A stretch of DNA of 64,000 bases from Felis catus (taxonomy: Eukaryota): positions 107,696,001 through 107,760,000 of the forward strand of contig NC_058368.1 in NCBI RefSeq assembly GCF_018350175.1. The letters are read 5' to 3'. Shown one piece after another: positions 41,179-54,256 of this stretch. How positions within the stretch are numbered: position 1 is the stretch's first letter; each line of letters begins with the position of its first letter. Made by a program: the position numbers and the translations under genes. The notes beneath the pieces are model-generated. The model was not told where the DNA came from, did not search any database, and was given only the letters and a program-made list of their open reading frames with translations.

Positions 41179-41869
41179 GGGAGCAGAGTTGAGTACTGGG
41201 GAAGTCACATTTTCACTATTTAGTGCATAAAGTATCATGATCCTTCCATGGACCAGCCAGCTGTGCGAAAGGGAACCAGGCTTTAGTCGAGAATAAAGAG
41301 GTTACAGAACATATCACTGAACAATAGTGAATTGGTTGAGTTCAAGTTGGGTAGATTGTCTACATCAACAATCTGGCTATCCTCTGCAGGGCTTCCTGAA
41401 GAACCCACATATACCTCTGGTGTGAGAGAGTGAGCTCTTAAATGTCTGTGACACAGAAAGTATTGATAGATGAGGGAGAGGAGCAGCAGCACCACTGAAG
41501 TTGGAGACAGTTGCCCTCTTTCCTCTTACCTTCTCCAAGGCTCTGCATCCCTGAGGAAGAAGGAAGAGACCCAGAAGAAGGAGAGGGAGGAGGTGGAGAC
41601 ATGCTCATTGGACAGCTAGTAAATGGTCTCAGCTAGGGCAGGAATAGAGCATTAAACTAATTTGAGGGTTAAATTTTATATTGTATTTAATTTTATTGAA
41701 CTGGCTTATTTTATACCTGAAATTGGCTGTAAAATTCTACCACCTAAAATGTTACCAAAGAATTGGATAAAATGCATACAGGAGCAAAGACTGCATAAAT
41801 GACCATAGAGGGATTTGATTAAATATACATAGGAGCAAAAACAAAAAAGCTTTCAATGTCTGTACTCCA

Positions 41870-42200
41870 TTGAGTCATGCCATTCAGTACATCCATGAGA
41901 CTTGCTGTTTTCTCTGCCTGGAATGTTCTTTCTGGGATCTTCACAAGACTGGCTCCAGCTCAAATATCCCTCCCTTAGAGAGGCATTTCCTGACTCTCTT
42001 GTCTAATGTGGCTTCCTTCCCTTACTCAGTTACTTTATCCCATACCCCTGCTTATTTCTCGCATGGTGCTTATGCCATCTCTATTTTGAGTCCTTATTTA
42101 TTTACGTGCTTTTTGGTATTGAATTAGTTTATTTTATCTTTTTATATCCCAGAGTCTGGGATATGACCACTTACTAAACATGTATTAATGAATGAGTGAA
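41870..42200 (+). mobile_element. L2 3'-end remnant
   Basis: ctctgcctggaatgttctt...cagctcaaatatccc...agaggcatttcctgac...aatgaatgagtgaa. Confidence 0.6.
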
Positions 42201-42844
42201 ACAACTCCTTCAACAACTTAAGAGAACCTTAAGTTGACTAGTAAACAGTAATAATTGCCATGTCACTCTTCTCCCACATATAAACTGGTGGCTAATGACA
42301 GAAATTAATTAGGGCTGTGCCTCAGGGCCCTTCACTGTATGGAAACAGATGCTTCAATCAGCTTCTGTTTTCCTTGTGGTGAAATTATTCCCTTTAGAAA
42401 ACCAAATGCAATAATTTGTGATTACTATGTATCAGGTGCTTTAAACATTTATTCATTTACCTTTTTAAAACTCTTCAAGGTCAATATTGCCATCTTAGAG
42501 ATTCACGTTAGAGATTCAGAATCTAAGGGTTCCAGCGGGTACAGGACTGGAAATTTGCCGTGCCAACATTGCATCCACGTCCATTTGGCTCTAAAGTCCA
42601 TGGTCTCCCTAGAACATCATGTTGCTTTCAATCTTAAAACTCAGGCCACTGGCAATAACATATGTGACATAACTGGTGACTTTATGGAGTTGAGATGCCT
42701 CTAACTCACCGTTTACAACTTTGGCTGTAGAATCGGGCTCCTTATAACAAAGCCTTGGATTTGTTTGTTTTGTCTTGTTTTGCATGTATTATTTGGACAG
42801 AACCCCAAAGACCAAACGGACCTAAGTTGTAGATTTGTCTTTCA

Positions 42845-43250
42845 CTGATTGGCTGAGACAAAGATTATCTGTGCAAGTGGTTTCCTGGGAAGGGTTCCCA
42901 GAAGAAACTGGTTAAGGGTATGGGGGAATGCAGGACAGAATCCAAGCTCTCCTCTGGAGAGGATTAGCCACTTCCTGTACTGGAAGTGTTGAAGTGGAAA
43001 CCTCAGAGTTGTCTTGACCTGAGTAGAAGCGATGGGCTTTCATACTCTCCTGCCAGTCATTGGCTGGCGGAGGGAAGTGGGGAAGTGCAAATGAAAAACT
43101 GCCAGCTCTAGGCTCCTTGCAGCCCAGCTGTGCCAGAAGGGGGCAATCCTGTGTCTAGGCCTGTGGAAGCAGAAGGGCACCAGAGGCCTGAGGAGGAGTA
43201 GGCAGAAACTGTAGAAGGTATGTATCCCAGGTAATTTGGCTAAAGCACTG
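42845..43250. mobile_element. Old LTR remnant (MaLR/ERVL-like)
   Basis: ctgagacaaagattatctgtgcaagtggtttcctgggaagg...ccagtcattggctg resembles old LTR families. Confidence 0.45.
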
Positions 43251-44179
43251 ACCATTACCCATTATACCGATCATAACTATCTTATTTTAAAGGAAAAGTG
43301 AGTGAATTCCTCTCGTACAAGGAAAAATTGAAGATTCGTTTTGTACCGTGACTGGGCTGTTAATCTGAAAAGAAAATGTAGGGTCCCAAGGTGCTTGCCA
43401 AGTTGGCTGTCGGTGGAAAGGGCATATAGTTCTCGTTGAGGCATAGGGTCTTAGAAGCAGGGCATCAGAAAATGCATCATCACTGATTTACACACATTGG
43501 CTATATTCTGACTGTCTCTTTATTGCTTCCTGAGCCCAAAAGCTCAGCACATTATTGTCTGAGAGGCCAAATGCTCTTCAGGCAATCTATGGGATGCCTC
43601 TCTTTCTGGTCTCTTCTTTATAGCTTGAGAACCTTTATAGCCCTTTCATCACTCCCTGTTTGACTTCATTTCTGTTCTGCAGTTTTCTGATCCTCCCCAG
43701 CAATTCCTTCCTTTGACATGCTGGCAAAACCTTTTGCTCTCTTATTCCTCACCTCTCCCTATCTTTTGTTCATGCATGTGTTTAAATTACCATCATGCCC
43801 TTATTTTTAGTGAAAGAATTTAAAATATAAGTGTAACAACTGACCTTTATTTCTCTATATTCTTTTCCAAATTTAGTATTTTTGTTTTTCCTTTTGAGTT
43901 TAAATTACTCTTTAATAATTTCCATTTTATTTGCTTTCTATTTTTGTTGCAGGTCAGAGTAATTTAACAGACAATAGGAGAACCTAATATGAGTTTAAGT
44001 ACACCATAATCCAAATCATGGTTCTTTACCAAAACTGAGTTCAATTTATAGTGACTTGTTAGAAATGATTTCTTATCTCAAAATAAGAGATAAGTTTAAC
44101 ATTCTAAATATTTTTATATGTACTTTGCACATTACCAATTAATACTTGCTGAATGAACTTGTGATAATATTGAATATTC

Positions 44180-44601
44180 TATAATTGGTTAATGTTATGT
44201 GTCAGCTTGGCTGAGCCACAGTGCCCAGATATTTCATCAAACATTCTGGATGTTTCTGTAGGGGTGTTCTTTGAATGTGGTTAACATTTAAATCAGTTGA
44301 CTTTGAGTGAAGCAGGTTACCTTCCATATCGTGGGCAGGCCTCATCCAGTCATTTGAAGGCTTTAATTTTGAAAAGACTGACATCCCCTGAGGAAAAAGG
44401 AATTTCAACAGCAGACTGCTTTTGGACTGAGATGGCAGCTGTCCCTGGGTCTCTAGCCAGACTACTCTGCAGATTTTGGACTTGTACCTCCCCAATCACA
44501 TAAACTGATTCTTTAACATCTGGCTATATAGCTAGCTAGCTATATATCAATCTGTCTATACATAGCCTGATGGTGGTATTTCTCTGGAGAACCCGTATAC
44601 A
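44180..44601 (+). mobile_element. MLT2-family solo LTR
   Basis: ggttaatgttatgtgtcagcttggctgagccacagtgcccagatatt ... tttctctggagaacccgtataca. Confidence 0.88.
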
Positions 44602-44974
44602 TCTATCTACTTTAAATTGCCCTGTTAAAACCTTATCCTTTTAAAAGGAGAAAAAGGTTTAGTGTAAGGGCCTAGTCACCAATAAAATTATTTTGGAAAT
44701 GATAAATGTCGAGTGTGGTCAATTTTTTGATGCTCAACAAAGAAACACACATACGCATTAAAATGAAATAGTGACAAAGCCCAAATTCCCCCTACTCCTA
44801 TCCCTTAGCCATAACTGTTGACTGAGTTGAGTTTTATGTTCAGCTCTCTCAGCAGTGAATAGTCCATGGACCATTTGTCTGACTTCTGAAAAGGGCTTTA
44901 AGTGGATTTTTTTTCTCAAATCTAGGTAATTTAGAGGCTTTCTCTAAAGAAAAAAATTAGAAACACCCACTGTT

Positions 44975-45188
44975 GGGGCACTTGGGTGGCTCAGTCGGTT
45001 GAGCTTCCGACTTCGACTCAGGTCATGACCTCACAGTCCATGAGTTCGAGGCCCACGTTGGGCTCTGTGCTGACAGCTCAGAGCCTGGAACTGCTTCAGA
45101 TTCTGTGTCTCCCTCTCTCTCTGCCCCTCCCCCACTCATGCTCTGTCTCTCTCTTTCTCAGAAATAAATAAACACTAAAAAAAAAAGA
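44975..45188 (+). mobile_element. Carnivore SINE
   Basis: Full body; approximate TSD gaaacacccactgtt / gaaatatccactgtt. Confidence 0.94.
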
Positions 45189-45243
45189 AATATCCACTGT
45201 TTAACTATATTTTTTAAATTTGAGTAGTACTTAAATATGAACA

Positions 45244-46180
45244 CCTCAGCAATCAGACAACAAAAAGAAATAAAAGGCATCCAAATTGGCAAGGAAGAAG
45301 TCAAACTTTCAGTATTTGCAGATAAGTAAAACCCAGGGGTGCCTAGAAGGCTCAGTCGGTTGAGTGTCCAACCCTTGATTTTGGCTCAGGTCATGACCCT
45401 GGGGTCGTGGGATTGAGCCCCCGCCTTGTACTCTGTGCTAAGTGTGGAAGCTGCTTAAGGTTCTCTCTCTCTCTCTTCTTTTGTCCCCCTCTCTCTCTCT
45501 CAAAAATAAATAAACAAAACATTTAAAAAATAGAACATGTATAAGAAAAAAGAAAGAAAGACTCTACAAAAAACTGCTAGAGCTGATACATGAATTCAGC
45601 AAAGCTACAGGATATAAAATCACTGTAGAGAAATTGTTTGCATTTCTGTACACCAATAATGAAGCTGCAGAAAGACATATCAAGGAATCGATCCCATTTA
45701 CAATTGCACCAAAAACCATAAGATACCTAGGAATAAACCTAACCGAGGGTGTAAAGGATCTGTATGCTGAAAACAATAGAAAATTTGTGAAAGAAATTGA
45801 AGAAGATACAAAGAAATGGGAAAACACTCCATACTCATGGATCAGAAGAACAAATATTGTTAAAATGTAGATACTACCCAAAGCAATTATACATTCAGTG
45901 CAATCCTTATCAAAATACCAGCAGCATTCGTCACAGAGCCAGAACTGGAGGCATCACAATTCCAGACTTTGAGCTGTATTACAAAGCTCTAGTCATCAAG
46001 ACAGTATGGTACTGGGGCAAAAACAGACACACTCACCAATTGAATTGAATAGAGAACCCAGAAATGGGTCCACAGACATATGGCCAACTAAGCTTTGAAA
46101 GAGTATCTAATGGAAAAAAGACAGTCTCTTCAGCAAATGGGTGCTGGGAAAACTGGACAGCAACATGCAGAAGAACGAAC
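45244..46180 (+). mobile_element. Internal L1 ORF2 fragment (RT region), truncated at both ends, SINE-interrupted
   Basis: [74 protein letters not shown]; no 3'UTR or poly-A. Confidence 0.92.
45336..45530 (+). mobile_element. Carnivore SINE inside L1 fragment
   Basis: ggggtgcctagaaggctcagtcggttgag...(CT)n...A-tail. Confidence 0.9.
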
Positions 46181-46754
46181 AAAATAGGAACAAAGCTTTA
46201 AATTTTGTTCACTGATATTTCCTAGCTCCTAGACTGTGATTTGACATATATTAACTACGTCCATGAACGGATGTCCATTCACTGGGAATAAAATGTAGCC
46301 ATTCACTGGCTATAAAATCCAAAGCAAATTTCACTATTAAGTGTATTAAAACAAATCTATTAAACTGAAATATTTAATAACATTAATGTCATAGATAATA
46401 TTGTTTTACTGAAATTAAATTTTTGCTTTAAGCATGAGTATGGTACTATTGTTATGGTTCAAAAATGTTTGGCTTCAGCATTCTTATTAATATTATGATG
46501 ATTCAATTCCGCTCCAGTTTTTTCTCCTGAAAAATAATTACATGGTGTTCTTTGGCCTTTGACTTATACCAATGTGTTATTTTTATATAAATACATCCAG
46601 TGGTTTAGCTATAAGCTCTCTGAAAACAAGAAGTGTGCGTATGAGTATATAAGGTACATATATACATATTATGTACATAGGTTTATTATAGGGTTTAATG
46701 TTATAAAGGATACATACCACACATATTATTTATTATAAATTTCATACAGCCAGT

Positions 46755-47006
46755 TGGCATGTCTTTCCATTTATATGTGTCTTCTTCAGTTTCTTTCATC
46801 AGTGTCTATAGTTTTTAATATACAGCTCTTTGGTTAAATTTGTTCCTAAGTATTTTATTGTTTTGGGGGCTATTGCAAACGAGATTGCTTTATTTATTTC
46901 TCTTTTACATAGTTCGTTGTTTGTGTATAGAGACACAACTGATTTTTTTCCTTTTGATGGTTTTATATTCTGTAATTTTACTGAATTGGTTTATTAGTTC
47001 TAACAG
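46755..47006 (-). mobile_element. Short old L1 ORF2 fragment
   Basis: catgtctttccatttatatgtgtcttcttcagtttctttcatcagtg...ttactgaattggtttattagttctaacag. Confidence 0.8.
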
Positions 47007-47009
47007 CCT

Positions 47010-47517
47010 TTCAGCATGGTTACCTTGAATTTGTTTACAGCATGGTGATCTCAGAGTAGTCAGACTTCATGATGGCTAGCTTCCTCCAGAGTGAATGATC
47101 AAAGGAACAAGTGGCAAGTCTTCTTTGTCTTGACCTTGGGAATCCCTCAACATCACTTCAGTTGTATTCTCTTGGTTAAAGAGAGAGAGAGGAGGGGCGC
47201 CTGGGTGGCGCAGTCGGTTAAGCGTCCGACTTCAGCTAGGTCACGATCTCGCGGTCCGTGAGTTCGAGCCCCGCATCGGGCTCTGGGCTGATGGCTCGGA
47301 GCCTGGAGCCTGTTTCCGATTCTGTGTCTCCCTCTCTCTCTGCCCCTCCCCCGTTCATGCTCTGTCTTTCTCTGTCCCAAAAATAAATAATAAAAAAAAA
47401 ACGAAAAAAAAAAAAAAAAAATACCTTTAAAGAGAGAGAGAGGAGGGGACTGTGCAAGGATGTGAACACTTGAAACTGTGGTTCACTGGGGACCATATTT
47501 GGAGATTAGCTACTACA
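47010..47517 (-). mobile_element. MLT1-type LTR remnant split by a young SINE
   Basis: ctcagagtagtcagactt...gcttcctccagagtga...tgcaaggatgtgaacac...ggttcactggggaccatatttggag...ctactaca. Confidence 0.65.
47194..47422 (+). mobile_element. Young feline SINE (SINEC_Fc-type)
   Basis: CpG-rich, long A-tail; direct repeat ttaaagagagagagagga on both sides. Confidence 0.97.
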
Positions 47518-48147
47518 GATATGGCTTTCTTACTGTATTTTTGATAGGTTGGGCCTAAAAGTAATGTCAAATTAAAATGGATATTTAATGGAAAACAAGC
47601 CCTACATTAACAGAATAAGTATATAAATATATTCAGGCTTATAACGCAACTTATCTAATGACTTCTTACAGTCCTTCTAACCATTTTATGTTCCAGGCAA
47701 ACATAAATCCTTTGGTCCCTGCAAAGTGTTTTCAGAGAATTAAGCAGTCTAGATCCGGGAATCCAGACATTTCAGAGTTGGAAGTGACCTAGAGGTTTTT
47801 GTCATCTACTCCCAATTTAAAGAAAGGGAAACCAAGGCCCAGATAAGTTAGAGGGACATGTTCACAGGAATTAATACAAGAATTTTGTAGCAGAACCACA
47901 AATAGTACTCAGGACTCTAAATGTTCTTTCCGTTATGCTTCATGTTATCAGCATCTTTGGGTAATAGTGTGTCCCCTATGGGAAGAACTTGTGTTCATGT
48001 GAATTTAGTAATGTGGGGAGTGGTAACAGAATTTATTACTTAGGAAATAGAGCATGAGTGTAATCCCTTTTAGTAAACTATTAAAATACTGTTCTTTGCC
48101 TTGTTTCACTTTGTGATAAGTTTCATGGACTAAAGTAATTTATAGTT

Positions 48148-50410
48148 AACTATCAGTTTCTTCTCTATAGTTAAGAGTCTCTTTCTTGGTTTGTCTCTCT
48201 CTCTTTTTTTTTTTCCTTTGCCCTTTTGTTTTGTTTCTTAAATTCCACATATGAATGAGAGCATATGGTATTTATCTTTCTCTCACTGACTTATTTTGCT
48301 TAGCATTATACTCTCTAACTTCATCCATGTTGTTGCAAATAGCAAGATTTCATTCTTTTTATGGCTGAATAACTATTTCATTGTGTATATATACCACATC
48401 TTTTTTATTGATTCATCAATCAGTGCACACTTGGGCTGCTTCCATATCTTGGCTATAGCAAATAACGCTGCCATAAACATAAAGGTGTATATATCCCTTT
48501 GAATTAGTGTTCTTATATTCTTTGGGTGAATACCTAGTAGTGTGATTATTAGACCATAGAGTAGTTCTCTTTTTAATTTTTTGAGGAAACTCCATACTGT
48601 TTTTCAGAGTGGCTGTGCCAGTTTGCATTCCTTCCAACAGTGCATGAAGGTTCCTTTTTCTCCACATCCTCATCAATGCCATTTGTTTCTTGTGTTGTTG
48701 ATTTTAGTCATTCTGACAGATGAGAAGAGATCTGTCACCGTGGTTTGGTTTTGCATTTCCCTCATGATGAGTGGTATTGAGCATCTTTTCATGTGTCTGT
48801 TAGCCATCTGGGTCTTCTTTGGAGAAATGTCTGTTCATGTATTCTGCTCATTTTGTAATTGGATTATTTGGGTGGGGGGGGGGTGTTGAATTGTATCAGT
48901 TATTTGTATATTTTGGATAGTATCCCTTTTTTTGGATACGTCACTTGCAAATATCTTCTCCCTTTCAGTAGGTTGCCTTTTAATTTTGTTAATTGTTTCC
49001 TTTGCTGTGCAGATGCTTTTTATTTTGATGTAGTCCCAATAGTTTATTTTTGCTTTTATTTCCCTTTCCTCAGGAGACATATCTAGAAAGATGTTGCTTC
49101 ATTCCATGTCAAAGAGATTACTACCTACGTCCTCTTCTAGGGTTTTTATGGTTTCAGGTCTCACATGTCTTTAATCCATTTTGAGTTTATTTTTGTGTAT
49201 GGTGTGTAAGGTAGTCCAGTTTCGTTCTTTTGCATGTGTCTGTCCAGTTTCACAACACAGTTTGTTAAAGAGACTGTCTTTTTCCTATTACATGTTCTTG
49301 CCTCCTTCATCAAAGGAGGCCATATTAGCCAATTGGCCATATAATTGTGGGTTTGTTTTTTTCTATTCCATTGATCAATCGATGTGTCTTTGAGTTTATA
49401 TTCTATTCCATTGATCAATCGATGTGTCTTTGTTTATGCCAGTCCCATTCTGTTTTATTATTATTGCTTTTTAATATAACTTAAAGTATGGAATTGTGAT
49501 ACCTCCATTTGTGTTTTTCTTTTTCAAGATTGCTTTGGTTATTTGTGGTTTTATATAAATTTTAGGATTCTTTGTTCTACTTCTGTGAAAAATGCTGATG
49601 GTATTTTGATGGAAATTGAATGAAGTGTGTAGATCACTTTGGGTAGTGTAGGCACTTTAACAATATTTATTCTAATCCATGAGCATGAAATGTCTTTCCA
49701 TTTCTTTGTGTCATCTTGAATGTCCGTCATCAGTGTATTATACTTTTCAGAGTACAGGCCTGTCACCTCTTTGGTTAAGTTTATTCCTGGATATTTTATT
49801 GTTTTTGGTGCAACTATAAATGTAATTGTTTTCTTAATTTTACTTTCTACTGCTTCATTATTAGTGTTAGGGATGCAACAGATTTCTGTGCATTGATTTT
49901 ATACCATGTGACTTTACTGAATTCATTGAGTGGGTCTAGTAGTTTTCTGATGAAGTCTTGAGGGTTTTCTATATATAATATGTCATCTGCATACAGCAAG
50001 AGTTTTACTTCTTACCAATTTTGATGCCTCTTATATCTTTATGTTGTAGCTAGGACTTCCAGTATTATGTTGAGTCAAAGCAGTGAGTGTGGACATCCTT
50101 ATCTTGTTCTTGACCTTAGGGGAAAGCTCTTGGTTTTTGTCCATTGAGTATGATGTTGGCTATGGGTTTTTCATATAAGGCCTTTATTATGTTGAGATAT
50201 GTTCCCTAAGACCTACTTTGCGGAGGGTTTTTATCATGACTGGATGTTGTGCATTGTCACGTGTTTTTTCTGCATCTGTTGAAATGATTGTATGGTTTTT
50301 ATCCTTCTTCTCATTGATGTGACACATTGCCTTGATTGTTTTGTCAATATTGAACCCCTCTTGCATCCCAGAAATAAATTCTGCTTGATCGTGGTGTATG
50401 ATTTTATTCA
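48148..50410 (-). mobile_element. 5'-truncated carnivore L1 (ORF2 RT to C-terminus and partial 3'UTR)
   Basis: ORFs [53 protein letters not shown]; multiple frameshifts. Confidence 0.93.
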
Positions 50411-51189
50411 ACAATAAAATACAGTTTTAATGCATGGCTTATGATTGAAACACCAGGGACCAACCCATGTCAAAGTCCTGAATCTAGAAAGTACTTGGGA
50501 GTGACTTTTGGATCTCAGCCCATGGTGTTCACCTGGATGTTGGAACTGCCAAGGGAACATGGGGATGCTTGGTTCAGGGGATGAGAAATAATTGGAACCT
50601 TACAGGCATGATACTTCTAAGAAATCTTTTCTTGTTTTTAGAATACAAATGTCTATTAATTTCCTCTGAAACTTTCCTAAAAGGTACAGTGTGGATGGTA
50701 TGGTGGGTATGTGGGTAATTCTCTTGGAGTTCAGATGCCATGTATTGGTGGATCCCAAATTCAGAGCTGGAAGGTGTGCTGAGCCATTAAGTTCAACTAC
50801 TCAGAAGGAATGAGGTTGTTCTGGCAGGAGATAATCCTGTCTGATTACCAGAAGCAGCTGCAGGCCAGATGGGACTGACAGTGCTCCCTGGAGACTAATT
50901 CCTGGGAGCTTCTGTGCTCAAGAGGCAAGGCATATGCTTTGTCCTACTCTTGCCTCCACCTAGGATCAAGTTAATTGCTGCCTTCATTCTTTTTTCTGTT
51001 TTGTGCCCTCTCTTCCACCTACTCAAACTTCGTATAGCCTTCAATGCCAATTTTAAGTTCCCACACAGGTTTCCCTGACAACTCCAGCCTGCACTGGCCT
51101 CACATCTCTCAAGTCTGTTTTACTTACTAGATTGTTTATAAAAATGTTTGGAATGACTTTTCCACCTGAATTGCTTATTTGCTGTACAG

Positions 51190-51381
51190 CAGTGGTTTGC
51201 CTCAATGGCTTCACCTGTGGAACTTCCCAAAATACTTATGCCCAGACTGTGACCCAAATTAATTAAATCAGAATTGCTAGAGTTAAAGACATCTGCCCAT
51301 CATCCCCACACCTCCCACCTTGCATCATTTATTTTTAACTCCCCAGATGATTCCAGTGTGCAGCCAAATTTGCACCCACTG
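51190..51381. mobile_element. MER5-like hAT-Charlie MITE
   Basis: Termini cagtggtt...cccactg; internal aattaaatcagaat and ccccagatgattc...gcagccaa; 8-bp TSD ctgtacag / ctgtacat. Confidence 0.75.
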
Positions 51382-51599
51382 CTGTACATATACACTCTAA
51401 TTTCTGAGAGGGTGGAAGTGAAAGTGAAACTCCTTTTGTATGACTCAGGATCCTTAGCACAGGTTTGGTCACAGAGTGGTGACTTAGAAACACTAGTGCT
51501 TGCTTCAGGGCTGGGAGAACCAGTGCCCACATGTGTGCTGAATTAAGTATGTGGTCACAATCCAAATAGGCAATGTGCGAAGATGTTAATATGAAGAAG

Positions 51600-51815
51600 A
51601 CTTGAGATTCATATCTGGAATAAAATCCTGATTGTGGTACTCAGTACCTTGAACTTGGGCGGTTGACTTGAATTCTTTGTTCTTTAGCTTACCCATCTGT
51701 AAAGTGGGGAAAATTATATTGCTTACCTCATAGAACTCTTCTGCAGATTTTTAATGAGTAAGTGACTTGGAGAATCTCCTGGCATTTAATAAGCCCTCAA
51801 GAAATCATAGCTACT
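51600..51815 (+). mobile_element. MIR remnant
   Basis: acttgggcggttgacttg...catctgtaaagtgggga...ttacctcatag...ctggcatttaataagccctcaa. Confidence 0.65.
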
Positions 51816-51979
51816 TTTTTATTCTGCCATAAAGAGGCTTCTGTTCTTTTTGTCTTAGATTCTTTAATACTTACTTTCCTTCAAAGCTTGAGAAAATAGG
51901 ATAGCAAGAATTGCAATGATAATATTTACAACAAAAAATTTTTAAGAGGGATTCCAGCTTCAAAAGCAAAACCAGAAGA

Positions 51980-52148
51980 GGGGTACCTGCACGGCTCAGT
52001 TGGTTGGGCAACAGACTCTTGATTTCGGCTCAGATCAGGATCTTGCGGTTCATGGTTTCAAGCCCTGCCTCGGGCTCCACATTGACAATGTGGAGCCTGC
52101 TTGGGATTCTCTCTCTCTCCGCCCCTCCCCTGCTCAGTCTCTCCCTCT

Positions 52149-52190
<42 letters not shown>

Positions 52191-52230
52191 GAATAAATAA
52201 GCTTTTTAAAATAAAGTTGTATAAAAAAAG
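51980..52230 (+). mobile_element. Carnivore SINE
   Basis: Full body with long (CT)n; TSD aaaaccagaaga on both sides. Confidence 0.93.
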
Positions 52231-52714
52231 AAAAACCAGAAGAAATAAAATAGACCATGTGTTCCCTCTGAGTTGCTAACAAGTCAGTGAAAGGTTCACC
52301 CTTGTAAGGTTGTCCTGAGAAGCACTGATGAACAATACACTTCAAGAATGGCACTTAATGACATCATTTGACTAGCATAGTCTACTTCCTATGGTTTACA
52401 GCTACCATAATCTGGAAGGAACCACATTAACAAAATTCATAAGAAAAATAAATAATAATATTGAACCAAAACCTCTTGGCACATTTTAACAGAGTCAGTT
52501 CTTATTTAAGTTCTGCTGAAGTCAGTTAAAATGCCATTGACTTCCAGGGCATCTATTGTAAGACAGGTGCTGCCTGGTTTGAATTTGCAGTAGAGAAGGT
52601 TTGTAGATGGGAATATTGGATGTATGCATTCACATTCCTCTCTGGATATATTATATATAATTATGGTGGTTTTTTTTTTTTTTTTTGCAAAGCCCTCTAC
52701 CTCCAGTTCAAGTA

Positions 52715-53135
52715 TTTTTTTTTTAGTTTTTAAATTTTCATTCCAGCATAGTTAACATATAGTGTTATACTAGTCTCAGGTATATAATATAGTGATTCAA
52801 CAATTGTATATAGTATTCCATGCTGATCATTTTTTTCCTTTGTTTGTTTTGTTTCTTAAAGCCCACATATGACTGAAGTCAGGTGGTATTTGTCTTTTTC
52901 TGACAGACTTATTTCACTTAGCATTATACTTTCTAGCTCATTGCAAATGGAAAGATTTCATTCTTTCTTATGACTGAATAATATTCTGTTATACATATTT
53001 ATATGTATATAATAATAGATAAAGTATATTATATATATTCAAATATATGAATATGTAAAATATATCAAATATATATGTGTAATATATTTATATATAAAAT
53101 ATATGTAACACATCTTTTATATCCATCCATCTACA
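52715..53135 (-). mobile_element. L1 3'-end fragment with an AT-rich low-complexity expansion (~52990-53105)
   Basis: catagttaacatatagtgttatactagtctcagg...gacttatttcacttagcattatact...gaaagatttcattcttt. Confidence 0.8.
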
Positions 53136-53196
53136 GTAATTTCTAAAGTAAGAGTATTAAAAAACTAACATTATAATTAAGACTTGGGGTGCTTTT

Positions 53197-53418
53197 TTAA
53201 ATGTTTTTATTTAAATTCCAGTTAACATGCAGTGTAATAGTCTTCTCAGGTATACAATATAGTAATTTAACATTTCCATACACATCACAATAAATGCACT
53301 CTTAATCCCCATCACCTATCTGACCCACTCTCCCACCCACCTCCTTTCTGGTAACCATCAATTTGTTCTTTATAGTTAAGAGTCTGTTTCTTGGTTTGCC
53401 TCTCTTTTTTTTCCGAAA
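53197..53418 (-). mobile_element. Short carnivore L1 3'-end insertion
   Basis: aattccagttaacatgcagtg...cttaatccccatcacctat...ggtaaccatcaatttgttctttatagttaagagtctg; TSD tggggtgctttt / tggggcactttt. Confidence 0.85.
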
Positions 53419-54136
53419 TGGGGCACTTTTGAGAGCAACAGGAGACATTATTAGTAATTATACCAGGATAACAAACCTAGGGTACCCCAGAACTTACAGT
53501 CATCCTGACTGTGGTCACCAAGAAACATCAAATCCAATACTGGTAGAAGGAAAATGTTAAAGCTTGTGGGCTTTCCTTCTCCTGGCTTTTATTTGAAGGC
53601 TTCTCTGAGTAAGTTCTCTGTCTGCCCATGTGTCTGAAACTTTATATACCTCCAGCAATGACTGGCTGCTTAACACTATAGATAAGTACGGTTCTCACTA
53701 TTGGGCCTGAGCTTAAAAATATAAAAGACTGTAGCAGCTCTGCAGAGTTCAAAGTTAAAATACTTTTCTCTAAAGGGAAATAAATATTAAAAGAAGGGTC
53801 TTCTTAATTTTCATTTGTAATAAAGTACCTAGTAGCTATATCTATGTCTATTATCTATGTTTTTGTCTCTATCTAGCTGTTTTTCCTCTCCTTGACCTAC
53901 ATAGATTAAAATTTCTGCTTGAGGCCTGCACTTTCTTTCTAGTTAGAAAGAACTACTCTTTAGTGACAAAGATAAATTCAAGGTGGGCCCTACATTAAGA
54001 GAGGAAATCATGTTAGAAATTTCCCCCAGAATTTGTCTGTGGTGTGACACTGATAGCATACAATTACTTTTAAATATTATTCCACACACACCCCTGGATC
54101 CTCCTATGATACTTCAATTTAAAAATAGTAACCTTT

Positions 54137-54256
54137 GGGGATGCCTGGCTGACTCACTGGGCAGAGTGTGCAACTCTTGGTCTCAGCATCATGAGTTTGA
54201 GCCCTGTGTTGGGTGTAGAGATTGCTTAAATAACTAAACTTCATAAACAAAACAAA
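54137..54256 (+). mobile_element. Short tRNA-derived carnivore SINE
   Basis: ggggatgcctggctgactca...catgagtttgagccctgtgttgggtgtagagattgcttaaa. Confidence 0.82.

Noticed and set aside
41283..41495. 70-aa minus-strand ORF with a hydrophobic start
   Set aside because: Non-ATG start, no recognisable family, no supporting gene structure
46274..46318. Small imperfect duplications (ccattcactgg...ataaaat twice; also ~14110 and ~27430)
   Set aside because: Ordinary short slippage events with no larger pattern
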